Source of the DNA: an uncultured virus (IMG/VR IMGVR_UViG_3300020180_000002) | Taxonomy: Duplodnaviria > Heunggongvirae > Uroviricota > Caudoviricetes | DNA length: 64,000 nucleotides | IMG/VR virus record: IMGVR_UViG_3300020180_000002 | Strand: one strand, 5' to 3' | Shown: positions 20,703 to 31,124 of the stretch, piece by piece | Layout: each line of letters opens with the position of its first letter | Position numbering within the stretch: the first letter of the stretch is position 1 | Program-made: the position numbers and the translations under genes | The notes under the pieces: model-generated | The model's database searches: none | The model's input: only the letters and a program-made list of their open reading frames with translations | Told to the model about the DNA's origin: nothing

Positions 20703-21210
20703 TTGCCACCTCTTGCCCTTGAAATACCTTAACAACAGTTGCGGTAATAACTCGGCTAACCTCTGGCTTAGAAGGATCAGGTAGTACACACTTACGGGTT
20801 TCGCCCTTAGATGCGCCTAAAATCATTACATCAATAGCTGCATTAATCTGGTTATGACCTACAGCCATAAAAGAATCTTGTCCCTTGTTTGCATCAGATT
20901 CATTACCTTCAAGTTCTTCTTTAACTTTAACTCGTACAATAGAACTGGCCACTACAGGTGTATCTACTTCTTTAAACTCTTGTTGACGTTCTACACGAAC
21001 TAGAGCAGATTCATTCATTTCATCTTCAGAGATACCTAGTTTACTCATTACAAGGTCTTCTAAAGCTTCTAAACGAATTTTTAGACTAGACAGTGTAGTT
21101 GTAAACTTTTCTGTATAGTTAATTACCTTTTGATCTTGCATATCAGATAGCATTCTAATTGCAGAAGAAAAGTCTACTGATCGCTTTTTTTGTTTAGATG
21201 ATGTTCCCAT
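20668..21210 (-). CDS. Protein with C-terminal FKBP/trigger-factor-like domain
   Basis: VG-x-x-Q-I-x-x-A-I-D-x-x-I-L-G-x-x-K-G-E pattern resembles the FKBP LG-x-G-x-x-I-x-G-x-E-x-x-L-x-G-x-x-x-G-E motif. Confidence 0.5.
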   Translation of the reverse strand: MGTSSKQKKRSVDFSSAIRMLSDMQDQKVINYTEKFTTTLSSLKIRLEALEDLVMSKLGISEDEMNESALVRVERQQEFKEVDTPVVASSIVRVKVKEELEGNESDANKGQDSFMAVGHNQINAAIDVMILGASKGETRKCVLPDPSKPEVSRVITATVVKVFQGQEVANDSNQSQSTGS

Positions 21211-21364
21211 TTTAGGCTCCTTTGTTGTTATGAATTGCTGATAAATTTAACATTGTCAAAATAAAGAATATAAATCCAATTATATAATTATTTTGCATAA
21301 AATGTAACATACTTGCATATATACATAACGCTAATGCTGTATAATTTAATATCTTCATTTAAAT

Positions 21365-21393
21365 AGAATATCAGATTAATGTAATAGTGTCAA
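21365..21393 (-). promoter_or_regulatory. Sigma70-type promoter TTGACA-17-TATTCT
   Basis: Near-consensus hexamers with a 17-bp spacer in an intergenic gap. Confidence 0.65.
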
Positions 21394-21452
21394 GAAATTA
21401 AAATGACCATATACCATTATTATATGTTAATTTCATTACTTTTTACATACTT

Positions 21453-21839
21453 TTAACAGGGTCTTAATTCATATACACTATTTTGAGTTGTAAATACATA
21501 TACATACTTATTTCTTAATTTTTTAAATGTAACAATAGGGCTAGTTCTGGACCAGTCAAAGCCTCTTCCTTGAAAAAAGAACCATATATACTCGTCATTA
21601 CCTATTACAAAAACCTTAGCATGGCTATGAATAGTTGAATTAAAATTATTATGTCCGGATTCTACCATTGATCCTATTTTTGTAAGAGTATAATATTTAC
21701 TAAAATCAAGTTTATGTAATCCTATTGCAATAGCGTTCTTTTTAATAGTTTTTATTGTAGCAGCAGATAAAGATGATTTAACTTTGTCATAAATACAAAT
21801 TATTTTACTAGTAGATTTCTTCTTTGTTTTCTTTTTCAT
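21453..21839 (-). CDS. Hypothetical protein
   Basis: ORF; RTSPIV...FTTQNSVYEL pattern common in phage proteins. Confidence 0.6.
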   Translation of the reverse strand: MKKKTKKKSTSKIICIYDKVKSSLSAATIKTIKKNAIAIGLHKLDFSKYYTLTKIGSMVESGHNNFNSTIHSHAKVFVIGNDEYIWFFFQGRGFDWSRTSPIVTFKKLRNKYVYVFTTQNSVYELRPC

Positions 21840-22242
21840 AATAACTTTTACCGGACTCTCTCCCCGGCGGTCTCGACTATCTAACCAGGGACATTATTTC
21901 ATTCCATTTATATGGTATAATAAATAAACTAGTCAAGTTTTAAGCCACATAAATCACAGTGTTGAAATACTTCATTCAACCCCGTATAGGTGACCCATCT
22001 ATGATAACATGTTGATTTATCTATAGGAAGTTTAATTTCTTCAGTTTCATCATTAACACCAGGTATATAATAAAATCCCATTACCATGGTCTAAATCTCC
22101 ATATCCCAAGCTTAATTAATAACTCATTCACGGTATAAACTCCCATATGGATTTATATTGAAACAGTTTATCTAAATATACTCTAACATGGGCATTAAAT
22201 CCTTGTAATACTGCCATATGGTATCCAATGTTATGTAATAGT

Positions 22243-22839
22243 TTATTCACTACCAGTATTACTTTCAAACATTTCATATTCTTTGACGGATTCCGTATGA
22301 GTTTTAATACCCTTTTCATTACGATGTTTTTCACATAGTACATTTAACCAGCTAAATCCACTAAGTTCTCCATGCTCCCCGCATTCCTCGCACGTGGTTT
22401 CTGATTGTGATTCAGCGTAATAAATGAGTTTATCTACAATATTATCGCTATAATTCATGTAAAAACGTAAAGTTCCATATTTCTCTTTTACATCAGATAC
22501 TTGAAATCCTTCATTTAAATAACGAAGAAATATCCATGGGCGGTGGCCAAACATGTCTTTCTTTTGGGCCCACGTCGGAAGGCTCCATAGTTTAGTATTA
22601 ATAAACGCTACAATTGAATTACCCCTTGGTACCACTCTAAGATACCATAGTTTAGAATACCATTTATCATAACCTAATACAGTATCTAAATCTTTAGACA
22701 GCTCTGCAATAATTTTATACCACCCAGGTCCACATTGGAAACCCCAGCAAAGACTAGTATATCTCATATCACCATTTCTTTGTTTATAAAGAATAGGATG
22801 TTTTTTAACTAAATCTTCGTAATCACCTTCACCACTCAT
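22243..22839 (-). CDS. Conserved phage hypothetical protein with C-terminal Zn motif
   Basis: GW...VKEKYGTLRFY...CEECG...LCEKH pattern. Confidence 0.7.
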   Translation of the reverse strand: MSGEGDYEDLVKKHPILYKQRNGDMRYTSLCWGFQCGPGWYKIIAELSKDLDTVLGYDKWYSKLWYLRVVPRGNSIVAFINTKLWSLPTWAQKKDMFGHRPWIFLRYLNEGFQVSDVKEKYGTLRFYMNYSDNIVDKLIYYAESQSETTCEECGEHGELSGFSWLNVLCEKHRNEKGIKTHTESVKEYEMFESNTGSE

Positions 22840-22840
22840 G

Positions 22841-23101
22841 TTAATTTACCTTTATAAGTCCCCAAGTTGATAGCTCAAACTCTTCTAAGGTTCTTTCTTC
22901 ATGGCAATCACAGTTACTAAAAGTCGTTACAAGTCTATAAGTATTTGTACCTAGGTTAGGTTTAACATCATGGCCGGATACAAGACATGTTTCACCTTGT
23001 AAATTATAAAACCTTCTATCTGACTCTTTAAGAAAGATAGTAGCTCCTGGTCTAATAGAAGCGCAACCTGATAATGCTAAAGCTAATAGTATATATTTCA
23101 T
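22841..23101 (-). CDS. Putative lipoprotein
   Basis: Signal peptide with lipobox LSGC. Confidence 0.6.
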   Translation of the reverse strand: MKYILLALALSGCASIRPGATIFLKESDRRFYNLQGETCLVSGHDVKPNLGTNTYRLVTTFSNCDCHEERTLEEFELSTWGLIKVN

Positions 23102-23289
23102 TTTTTGTTCTTTTCTACAGTAATTGTAATAGAATTAGTCTTAGTTGTTACTTTTACTTTTTTTACGCTATTATTTCTTACATATACATTAATGCCATCT
23201 AGCGGGTTATCAACATTATCAATTGCAGATTTAAAACTATCTCCTAGTTCTAAAATAACTTCTTCATCTTTTTTCATAAACTTATCCAA
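23098..23289 (-). CDS. Hypothetical protein
   Basis: ORF overlapping its neighbours in the operon. Confidence 0.5.
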   Translation of the reverse strand: MDKFMKKDEEVILELGDSFKSAIDNVDNPLDGINVYVRNNSVKKVKVTTKTNSITITVEKNKK

Positions 23290-23717
23290 TACTCGTTCAT
23301 ATTATTCTTAGTTCCTGTATATTCAAATCCAAGTTTTTGATGTAAATAAATAGATATATCATTATGTGTTAATACGGTTGATGTTATTTCTGTATAACCC
23401 TCTTCCATTTTAATATAATATAAAGCCATTTTTAACATCATTTCACTTAATCCATGTCCTCTAAACTCTTCACCTAAATGAAATGCCCATTCTCCAACAG
23501 GCGCATCAGGATCTCTACTAAATGATACAAACCCAACTGATACTGCATCCACTTCAAATATAAGCTTTATAGCATTATTATAAAGAAACATTGCATCATG
23601 TTCTTCTTTACTAATAGGATTAGAGGTTGTTGCATTTTTAAGCACCCTAGAATCATTACGCCACGTAAAAGTCAAGTCTAAATCTTTTTCTTCCATTGGT
23701 CTTAATGTAAAATTCAC
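23274..23717 (-). CDS. GNAT N-acetyltransferase (PseH/RimJ-like)
   Basis: LRPMEEKDL...WRND...FRGHGL...N..SI.LH.KLGF motifs. Confidence 0.8.
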   Translation of the reverse strand: MNFTLRPMEEKDLDLTFTWRNDSRVLKNATTSNPISKEEHDAMFLYNNAIKLIFEVDAVSVGFVSFSRDPDAPVGEWAFHLGEEFRGHGLSEMMLKMALYYIKMEEGYTEITSTVLTHNDISIYLHQKLGFEYTGTKNNMNEYWISL

Positions 23718-23727
23718 TTTAGCCTCT

Positions 23728-23982
23728 TTAAACTACGTACCAGTTAGCTAGATCGACTTTTTTAATCTTAATAGTCTCTCTAACAATAGGCTCATTAGTG
23801 TCGATTGCAATCCAATAACCATTTAATATATGATGATCATTATCTTCACTAATACTTAATGGATAAAATCTAACAGTTTTATTATTAACATGTTGCATTT
23901 CTTTAACAGTATACTTAGCTGCAACCAAAGGATTTAACTCATTTATCATCATCTTGATCCTCTTTCTTCTTTTTAACTTCAA
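23728..23982 (-). CDS. Hypothetical protein
   Basis: ORF in operon. Confidence 0.5.
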   Translation of the reverse strand: MKLKRRKRIKMMINELNPLVAAKYTVKEMQHVNNKTVRFYPLSISEDNDHHILNGYWIAIDTNEPIVRETIKIKKVDLANWYVV

Positions 23983-24334
23983 ATCGTCTAATTCTACTTA
24001 CATTACCAGTAGTTTCAACTTCTACTGTTTCGCCAGTTTCTTCTTTGATTAATCGTTTAACTTCATCAATTTGATCTATATATTTACCTAAGTCAACTAC
24101 GGCGTCTTTATCAACTAGGTCTAGAAAGGTAATAAACAATTGAGGCGCAGTATAAATACCCATGGAATCAGAGCATAGATACATTGGCGTTATAGTTACC
24201 ATGTCTTCATCTTCTGAAGGTATTTCAACAATACCAATAACATCAGCAAGTTGAATAACTAATTCATCTTTTTCAATATCATAGATAACCATCTTTTTTG
24301 CAGTGGGGGCGGCGATTAAAGAGTGAATTAGCAT
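23939..24334 (-). CDS. Hypothetical protein
   Basis: ORF directly downstream of a predicted promoter. Confidence 0.6.
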   Translation of the reverse strand: MLIHSLIAAPTAKKMVIYDIEKDELVIQLADVIGIVEIPSEDEDMVTITPMYLCSDSMGIYTAPQLFITFLDLVDKDAVVDLGKYIDQIDEVKRLIKEETGETVEVETTGNVSRIRRFEVKKKKEDQDDDK

Positions 24335-24341
24335 ATAAATT

Positions 24342-24371
24342 AGTATACCTTATATTATATTACTTTGTCAA
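24342..24371 (-). promoter_or_regulatory. Sigma70-type promoter TTGACA-18-TATACT
   Basis: Near-consensus hexamers upstream of the 24334 ORF. Confidence 0.6.
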
Positions 24372-24381
24372 TAAAATAATA

Positions 24382-24436
24382 ACCGGCCCACTACATGCAC
24401 ATACATGTTAAACCAGATCTAGCTGGCGGGGCCGGT
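24382..24436 (-). terminator. Branched stem-loop (terminator-like or small structured RNA)
   Basis: ACCGGCCC/GGGCCGGT outer stem enclosing two hairpins (CCAG/CTGG and ACATG/CATGT), followed on the - strand by TATTATTTT. Confidence 0.5.
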
Positions 24437-24439
24437 AAC

Positions 24440-24967
24440 TCATTTAAGTTTCTTTTTTAATTCATTAATTGCTTTAACAAAATCCTCAGGATACTTCTCT
24501 AATCGCCTAGGAGTAAACTTTTTAATAAATTTATAATCATCTGGAGTGAGTTGTTTATTAATTAATCTTTCTTCAATTGCAGCCATCTCTTTAGACTCTT
24601 GTTTCATAGTACGTTGAAATCGCTCATGATTCGTTTTGATTTTATGGCAAGACTCACAGAGGCACTGAAGATTTTCTTTACTACAATATAGTCGATCAAT
24701 AAATGTTTCCCAGTTAACAAATCCTTCTTCTATAGAAATCACAGGAATGGTATGGTCCACGCTAATCTTTGTTGACCCATAGTATTTCTTACAAACATTA
24801 CACAAATAACATACTGCATTCTTCTTAGACCGTGTACCGTCTTTATTATATTTAGGGAACTCTTTACGGCTCTCTTTAAGAACCTCTTGTTTAATAGGTG
24901 AACGAGAAAATGTACGACGTATTGCCCCGCGAATCATTGAGTTTTGGTTCCACTTTACTTTAGACAT
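24440..24967 (-). CDS. HNH endonuclease
   Basis: CNVC...VDHTIPV...NLQCLCESCH..KT motif. Confidence 0.85.
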   Translation of the reverse strand: MSKVKWNQNSMIRGAIRRTFSRSPIKQEVLKESRKEFPKYNKDGTRSKKNAVCYLCNVCKKYYGSTKISVDHTIPVISIEEGFVNWETFIDRLYCSKENLQCLCESCHKIKTNHERFQRTMKQESKEMAAIEERLINKQLTPDDYKFIKKFTPRRLEKYPEDFVKAINELKKKLK

Positions 24968-25165
24968 AAATATTAATCTTGTTCTATTGGGCCTAGCATA
25001 CTGTATGGGTCATGATAATTTAAATAACAATTATGTGAATATATATTATCATAATATTGTTGTATAAATGTATCTAATCCATTTATCTTTTGTTGACCTT
25101 TATCAACCATAATACTCATTCTAGATGTACCTAAGCAAGTTAAAGGTGATTTAATTTTAAAAGGT

Positions 25166-26239
25166 TCAATCATCCATTATATCAATGGATGAAGCAAATC
25201 CAAAGCCCCCGGTTTTCTTAGGTTTCTCAAAGTCTTTTTTAAATAAGTTAGCATACTCAATAAGCTCTTTAACAACGTTATTAATGGATTTATTATGTAA
25301 TCTACTTCTAATAACAATTTCTTGCATATGTGCTATAGAGAAATTTTCAGCCCCTTTATTAACAGACCCATTAAGGCTATCTTTTTCTTCCTGAGAAAGC
25401 TCACGTTTAGCTAAAAATTGAACTAATTCAACTCTTTCGTTATATGATGGACAACCAATTTCTAAAGCCAAGTCTAGTCTACCTGGTCTATTAGATAATG
25501 AATCCATTAGATTTTCAGGATGGTTACTTGTAGCTAGGATTAATGTAGGGATCTTAAAAACGTTATTAATACCGTCTAATAGATTCAATAACGAAGAACT
25601 AACCTCATCTCGTCTACTATACCCCTCATGGGAATTGCCGCCAATGTCTTCTATTACTAGAATCAATTTAGTACATTCTTTACTATATTCACTATAGCTT
25701 GTAAAGAATTTAAATACATTACTGGCTTCTAGTTCAGATGTAGGCCAGTTAATAATAACAGCGCCGACATCTTTAAGCTTAAGATCTTTAGCCGCTTGGA
25801 TGATACTTGAACTCTTGCCAGTTCCGGGAGGTCCATATAGTAAAATACCTCTCTTCTTGGGTTGGCCAAGTTCTTCATAAACATTAAGGTTATTAAAAAA
25901 GAAATCAGCTTCATTTAGAATCTTACTTGTATTAGTAATCGAGGTAAGCAGCTCTTTCTGAATAAACTCCATTGGGGCTAGTTCTATTCCTACCGCAGAT
26001 TTAGATAAATTATAAGAACCAGGTTTAATAACAACACTCTTTTGATTATCATTACGTTTATATTCATATTGTAAAAGGTGGTCATTAACTTGTAATGCAA
26101 GATCTGATTCACCAATAAATGAATTAGCATCGCCAATGGCCGCTTTTAAATCAATTACTTTTTTAATATGAAATCCAGATTTAAGGATTTCTTTTTCAGA
26201 ACTTTCTAAGGAGGTCTTCGATGTCGATTCCGTTTTCAT
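25166..26239 (-). CDS. AAA+ ATPase
   Basis: Walker A GPPGTGKS, Walker B VIED, LLNLLDG, TSNHPE and RPGRLD. Confidence 0.85.
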   Translation of the reverse strand: MKTESTSKTSLESSEKEILKSGFHIKKVIDLKAAIGDANSFIGESDLALQVNDHLLQYEYKRNDNQKSVVIKPGSYNLSKSAVGIELAPMEFIQKELLTSITNTSKILNEADFFFNNLNVYEELGQPKKRGILLYGPPGTGKSSSIIQAAKDLKLKDVGAVIINWPTSELEASNVFKFFTSYSEYSKECTKLILVIEDIGGNSHEGYSRRDEVSSSLLNLLDGINNVFKIPTLILATSNHPENLMDSLSNRPGRLDLALEIGCPSYNERVELVQFLAKRELSQEEKDSLNGSVNKGAENFSIAHMQEIVIRSRLHNKSINNVVKELIEYANLFKKDFEKPKKTGGFGFASSIDIMDD

Positions 26240-26441
26240 TTATATTCCTTTTGTTGATTTTACATATTAATTTATTAATTTTAGCTACTGTATAAGGTGA
26301 GTTATACCGTTGTAAATCCCAATCAGATTGGCCGTTATACTTATCTCCATATATATCTTCTCTCTCCAGTCTCCAATAGTAATCAGAGATATCTGAATGA
26401 GAATTAAATGGCGATAGTTTATTATAACCAGGCGGATACAT
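26196..26441 (-). CDS. Hypothetical protein
   Basis: ORF downstream of a TTGACA-17-TATTAT promoter (26449-26477). Confidence 0.45.
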   Translation of the reverse strand: MYPPGYNKLSPFNSHSDISDYYWRLEREDIYGDKYNGQSDWDLQRYNSPYTVAKINKLICKINKRNINENGIDIEDLLRKF

Positions 26442-26473
26442 ATAAATTATAATAGCTTATTTTAACTTTAATG

Positions 26474-28171
26474 TCAAATAAATTTTGATACGCCATTATC
26501 AAATTCTATATTGTATACTTTATCTACAATACTTTTAATAATGGGATTATGTTCAATGAGGATAACAGTACCCTTCATATCTTTTAACACTTGAACTAAG
26601 CGTTCTAAGGAAGCATCTGATAAGTCTTTAAACTGCTCATCTAATATACGAAGGTTAATAGGGTTTATAGATCGTTTACTTACAATGTCAGATAAAGCAA
26701 AGTCAACGGCTAATTGAACACGTCTTAATTGGCCTCCAGAGAGCAACCCTAAAGTACGCTCTAAACCGTCTAGAATGACCGTGGTGCGTATTTTAGTAGC
26801 CTCCCCCTCTTCCGATACGTTTGAGAACGTTAAATGCACTGGAACGTCAAATAGACGCGTTAAATAGGTATTGGTTTGTGCATTAAGCTGATCTAACAAG
26901 CCCGCGAATACATAAGACTTAATATCCTTAAAGCCATCTTTTAAGAACTCTAAGTTATACAGTTTCTCTTTAATATCAGTTAAGTTGTTGTTAACCTTAT
27001 CTAATATAACATTAGTGTCTGTAATCTTTTTATCAAATTCTTCAATTTTACCTAAATACGGGTTATTCATCAACTCTATTTCACTAACTGACCTACCCAT
27101 GTTGAGTCTTTGTTCCATTAGGGCATTTAATGACTGTATAAGATCTTTATTTTTAACCTGTTTATGCAATAATTGAGTATATTCAATGTTAACCTGTTTA
27201 ATCTCTTCAACTAAGCTATTTCGTTCTATTAATAACTGTGCGTTATCAGGGACAATTAGATCATCACACTTAGTGTTAGGTAAATCTTGTCCGCACGTAG
27301 GACAGTTATTATTTAAAATAGCCTGTTTCTTTTGAATATTGATCTGCTCAATTGAATACAATTTTTGATTACAATTGATTAGAAACTGGTTTAAATTATC
27401 TAGATGATCTTTTTTATCTTGCACACTTTCAACTTCACCTAGTGCAACCATTTCTCTATTAATTATATCTATTTGATCACCAATCACTAATGAACGTTCT
27501 AGTATAACATCTAATTTGTTAAGTTTATCTACGTCAAATGTATCAGATAGCTTACAAAAGGTATCTAGCTGTTCTTTATATACCTTTAACATAGCTTCAT
27601 TATGTAATTTACTGTTGACATACTTCAAATGATCAGTTTTAAGTTCTTTTAAACTGTCATTAGATTTCTTAGCGGCCCTATCAAAAATACTTAAGTCTTG
27701 TATTTCAGATAAAATCTTGGCCTTTTGTTCTTCATTAGCAGTGATAAACTTATTTTGATAGTTCTGAGGATAATAAACTGTTTGACAAAAAGTCTCAAAA
27801 GACATACCAATGACCTGGTCTATCAGCTTTTGACAATCTCTTACATCCTTACCGGATTCAATAGAGCCATCTGTTTTCTTAATATATAGTTTATTAGGTG
27901 ATCTAGTTCTAACTATAGAATTTCCATTATCTAATTCTACTTCAACAGAACAGCTCTTTTCCCCAGTATGAATTACTTGATCAATATTAACATCTTTAGG
28001 TAGTTTGCCATATAAGCAAAAGGTAAGCGCATTAAGTATAGAAGATTTACCAATGGCTTCACTAGTGCCATCTTGTTTATTCCAGCCAGTTAATAGAACA
28101 ACCCCTGGATCAAAGGTAAACTCTAGCTTTTTCCATGGTAAAAAGTTAATAGCTTTAATTGACTTGATCAT
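26474..28171 (-). CDS. sbcC: SbcC/Rad50 (T4 gp46-like) ATPase subunit of recombination nuclease
   Basis: N-terminal Walker A (IGKSS), central CPTC zinc hook in coiled coil, LSGGQ signature, ILDE Walker B and H-loop IEH. Confidence 0.9.
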   Translation of the reverse strand: MIKSIKAINFLPWKKLEFTFDPGVVLLTGWNKQDGTSEAIGKSSILNALTFCLYGKLPKDVNIDQVIHTGEKSCSVEVELDNGNSIVRTRSPNKLYIKKTDGSIESGKDVRDCQKLIDQVIGMSFETFCQTVYYPQNYQNKFITANEEQKAKILSEIQDLSIFDRAAKKSNDSLKELKTDHLKYVNSKLHNEAMLKVYKEQLDTFCKLSDTFDVDKLNKLDVILERSLVIGDQIDIINREMVALGEVESVQDKKDHLDNLNQFLINCNQKLYSIEQINIQKKQAILNNNCPTCGQDLPNTKCDDLIVPDNAQLLIERNSLVEEIKQVNIEYTQLLHKQVKNKDLIQSLNALMEQRLNMGRSVSEIELMNNPYLGKIEEFDKKITDTNVILDKVNNNLTDIKEKLYNLEFLKDGFKDIKSYVFAGLLDQLNAQTNTYLTRLFDVPVHLTFSNVSEEGEATKIRTTVILDGLERTLGLLSGGQLRRVQLAVDFALSDIVSKRSINPINLRILDEQFKDLSDASLERLVQVLKDMKGTVILIEHNPIIKSIVDKVYNIEFDNGVSKFI

Positions 28172-28350
28172 TTTTTAATAGCTTTTAACGTTTCAATATC
28201 TCTTAACTGTTCTTGTAATCGTCTCACTTCTAAGCTTAAAGCTCTAATACGTGCTTTTACCCAGTCTAAATCAGTTAAAGTTAATTTATCAAGTCTAGCT
28301 AGTTCATTTGTATTTAAAGGTTTAATTTCCATTACACTACTTGACCTCAT
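28168..28350 (-). CDS. Hypothetical protein
   Basis: Short ORF coupled between sbcD and sbcC. Confidence 0.5.
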   Translation of the reverse strand: MRSSSVMEIKPLNTNELARLDKLTLTDLDWVKARIRALSLEVRRLQEQLRDIETLKAIKK

Positions 28351-29281
28351 TTAAGATATCTAGACCTAGTTTATAGATATCTTGATTATCTTCTTTTTTA
28401 ACTTCTTTTATCCACTTAGTATATAGATTAACTGGTGTTTCAGTTTCTTTTAATACTAGTTTATGTTCTTCTACTTTATATTCTTCAATGAATTTAACTC
28501 CATTATACTTAGTTTTATCAAATAAGTCAATTTGTTCTTTACTGCCTTTTAGAATAACTCTATTATGATTAACAGTGTCTACCTGTAGATTAACAGGATT
28601 ATCTAGATCAATAGTTACACTAACATGCCTAGGTAAATCCAATGGGATATATTCTATGATACCTAGGTCTGTGTGAAATATAGCTAACCGCTTGTTTTCA
28701 TTAGATTCTCCGAATGAATGACTAAACGGACTACCTACATATACTACATTACCCTTATCCATAGGAGTATGATAATGTCCCATTATTACTTGTTTAAACC
28801 TAGTTAAATCTTTTAAATCAACCGCTTCATCCTCAGTATATCCGCTACCTAATGTAAATTCTTTGACACCTTGGTGCCCAATAACAAACTCTATACTAGA
28901 AAATGTAATACTATGCAGGAATTTAGCAGGATTTCTATAATAAGGAACTAATATCACGTTCATATTATTATAAAGAAATGTAGGGGTATCAATAACTCTA
29001 ACATTTGGCAAAGAGTTTAATACTCTTAATGAATGATCTGATTGTTCATTATTAAACCAACAGTGATTCCCTACTAAAATATTATACTTTAATTTAGAAC
29101 TTTTTAGTCTATTATAGATTAAATTTAAACATTTACCTCTTATAACTTCTTTAGTATCTAACACATCACCTAGTAATATAACAGGCAATTGTTTACTTTC
29201 AATTATATTAAATAATTCATTAACCTTATTTAGATTATCTGGACGACAATGAATATCACCTATAATTAAATATTTACTCAT
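28337..29281 (-). CDS. sbcD: SbcD/Mre11 (T4 gp47-like) metallophosphoesterase nuclease
   Basis: GDIH, GD, GNH, GHYH and YVGSP motifs. Confidence 0.9.
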   Translation of the reverse strand: MSKYLIIGDIHCRPDNLNKVNELFNIIESKQLPVILLGDVLDTKEVIRGKCLNLIYNRLKSSKLKYNILVGNHCWFNNEQSDHSLRVLNSLPNVRVIDTPTFLYNNMNVILVPYYRNPAKFLHSITFSSIEFVIGHQGVKEFTLGSGYTEDEAVDLKDLTRFKQVIMGHYHTPMDKGNVVYVGSPFSHSFGESNENKRLAIFHTDLGIIEYIPLDLPRHVSVTIDLDNPVNLQVDTVNHNRVILKGSKEQIDLFDKTKYNGVKFIEEYKVEEHKLVLKETETPVNLYTKWIKEVKKEDNQDIYKLGLDILNEVK

Positions 29282-29589
29282 AATTATCTATTGTTTATAA
29301 ACTTAAGTGTATTTGAATAGTTATTATGAAAAGCCAATGATTGAATAACTCCACCTGTAAAATAACCTGCGATAAACATCATCATTACTAATAACCATAA
29401 TCCAATCGGAATTAACGGTCTACGTTTAAATACTCTGGGTTTAATTAAGATAGGTGTCATTAAAATTGACCTTCATAATTTCCGTCAATGTAATTAGCTT
29501 CTTCTAGTTTCTTATGTTCTTTATGCATTTTACGTAAACTTTTTAATAGTTTAGTAAATACTTTAGAATCTTTCTTTTTAACCTTGATT

Positions 29590-30489
29590 TTAGTCTTCTG
29601 CTTCTTCATTGTTTGCTCCTACCACATTCATACCATCTTTTGTAATATCTATAAGTACTCTCTTTTGAATTAAAACGGATTCATCAAGTAAATGATTTTT
29701 GTATATCTGCCATTGTACTCTAGCTCCAGTTCTAATAGATTCACCTTTAACTGTTTTTTCTAACCATTTCTGTCGTGAAGTCTGAAAAGTAAGGGCACTA
29801 AAATAGTCTGCGGCGTTCCCGCCAGAATTCGTGCGACCTGGTGAACCCATATTAGCATACGTCTGGTTAATAATCAACAAGTGAATCTTGTCCCTAGTTA
29901 ATCTAGGAATTAAACGTCTAAGTCCACGCTTATTTACTTTAGCAGCTAAGCCCATTTGCAAACTATCGTCTACATCATTCTGTGTTTCTGCATTAGCTGG
30001 AGTATTACCAAGGCTATCAAAAATAACAAGTATACGAGCATCAGGGTCACTATCTTTAATAGCATCAACCCATTTATCAATTGCATCATACGCTTCTTCT
30101 AGGTATTGTGGTTGCACTCTTGCTACGTTTTCAGGGTCAACCCCCCATGCAGTTAAACGTGACTTGGTTGATTTTCTCTCTGTGTCGACTAAAATAACAT
30201 TTACTCCCTGATCTTGAGCTGCCTTCATTGCGCTAATCGCACATGATGTTTTTCCGCTGTCTGTGTTTCCTGCGATCATAAACAAATATCCAAATGGTAA
30301 CCCTTTAGTCCCTGAGGCATCCTGCCACCATTTAGGCATAACTACAAAGTCTTTATCATCTGTAGGAGTATTCATATCAGCGCCGGTAGAGATAACACTA
30401 GCTTTAGCATCGTCATCTTTAAATTGTTTTTTAATCTTATTTGCTAGATCAGCTAAGTTAAGCTTTTTTGGTTTAATATCTTTAGTCAT
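29590..30489 (-). CDS. recA: RecA/UvsX-like recombinase
   Basis: GLPFG, Walker A GNTDSGKT, VDTE, FDSLG and INQ motifs. Confidence 0.85.
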   Translation of the reverse strand: MTKDIKPKKLNLADLANKIKKQFKDDDAKASVISTGADMNTPTDDKDFVVMPKWWQDASGTKGLPFGYLFMIAGNTDSGKTSCAISAMKAAQDQGVNVILVDTERKSTKSRLTAWGVDPENVARVQPQYLEEAYDAIDKWVDAIKDSDPDARILVIFDSLGNTPANAETQNDVDDSLQMGLAAKVNKRGLRRLIPRLTRDKIHLLIINQTYANMGSPGRTNSGGNAADYFSALTFQTSRQKWLEKTVKGESIRTGARVQWQIYKNHLLDESVLIQKRVLIDITKDGMNVVGANNEEAED

Positions 30490-31024
30490 TTAATTTATCC
30501 TTTAACTTGTTTAATAAATGCAAATATACTCTAATGGTATTATAAGCATCATCATCGGCTCTATGTTTAGTTCCTTCAAACTTTAATCCTAATTTAGTCA
30601 TACTCTTTGCAAGTCCACCGGGATGAGATGTACCATTTGCTACAAAATAAGATTGAGCTATACTTTTAGTATCAATCCATCTGCGGCCAAATACCCATCT
30701 TGTATCTTCCATGCCTAGTTGTTTACGAAGACATTCAGTATCCCCGCCACCCCATGTAATGGCGTTCATTCTACATTCTTTAGCTTTATACTCTTCAGCC
30801 ATGATATCATATGCGTGTTTTAACGTTGTTTTTTCAGTGTTATATACATCTGTATTAATATGACAAAGCTGGATAATTTTAGGATTTAGCTCTTCATCAA
30901 TAGATACCCAAATACCAGGGTACTGAGTAATAACCTGAGTATCAGTATTAGCAATGGCATATCCAACCTGGATAATTTTACCGGAATTTTGATTCATTTC
31001 TAAATCTAATGCCATTATATTCAT
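30482..31024 (-). CDS. DEDDh 3'-5' exonuclease
   Basis: DLE...D...HRADDDA motifs. Confidence 0.85.
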   Translation of the reverse strand: MNIMALDLEMNQNSGKIIQVGYAIANTDTQVITQYPGIWVSIDEELNPKIIQLCHINTDVYNTEKTTLKHAYDIMAEEYKAKECRMNAITWGGGDTECLRKQLGMEDTRWVFGRRWIDTKSIAQSYFVANGTSHPGGLAKSMTKLGLKFEGTKHRADDDAYNTIRVYLHLLNKLKDKLND

Positions 31025-31124
31025 ATTACGTATCTTTTTGTTTTAGCCTTTGAATAGCTAACTTCATATGTTTTCTAAATATTTTATATACTATACGTTT
31101 CTTTTTAGAAACATATTTTAATCA

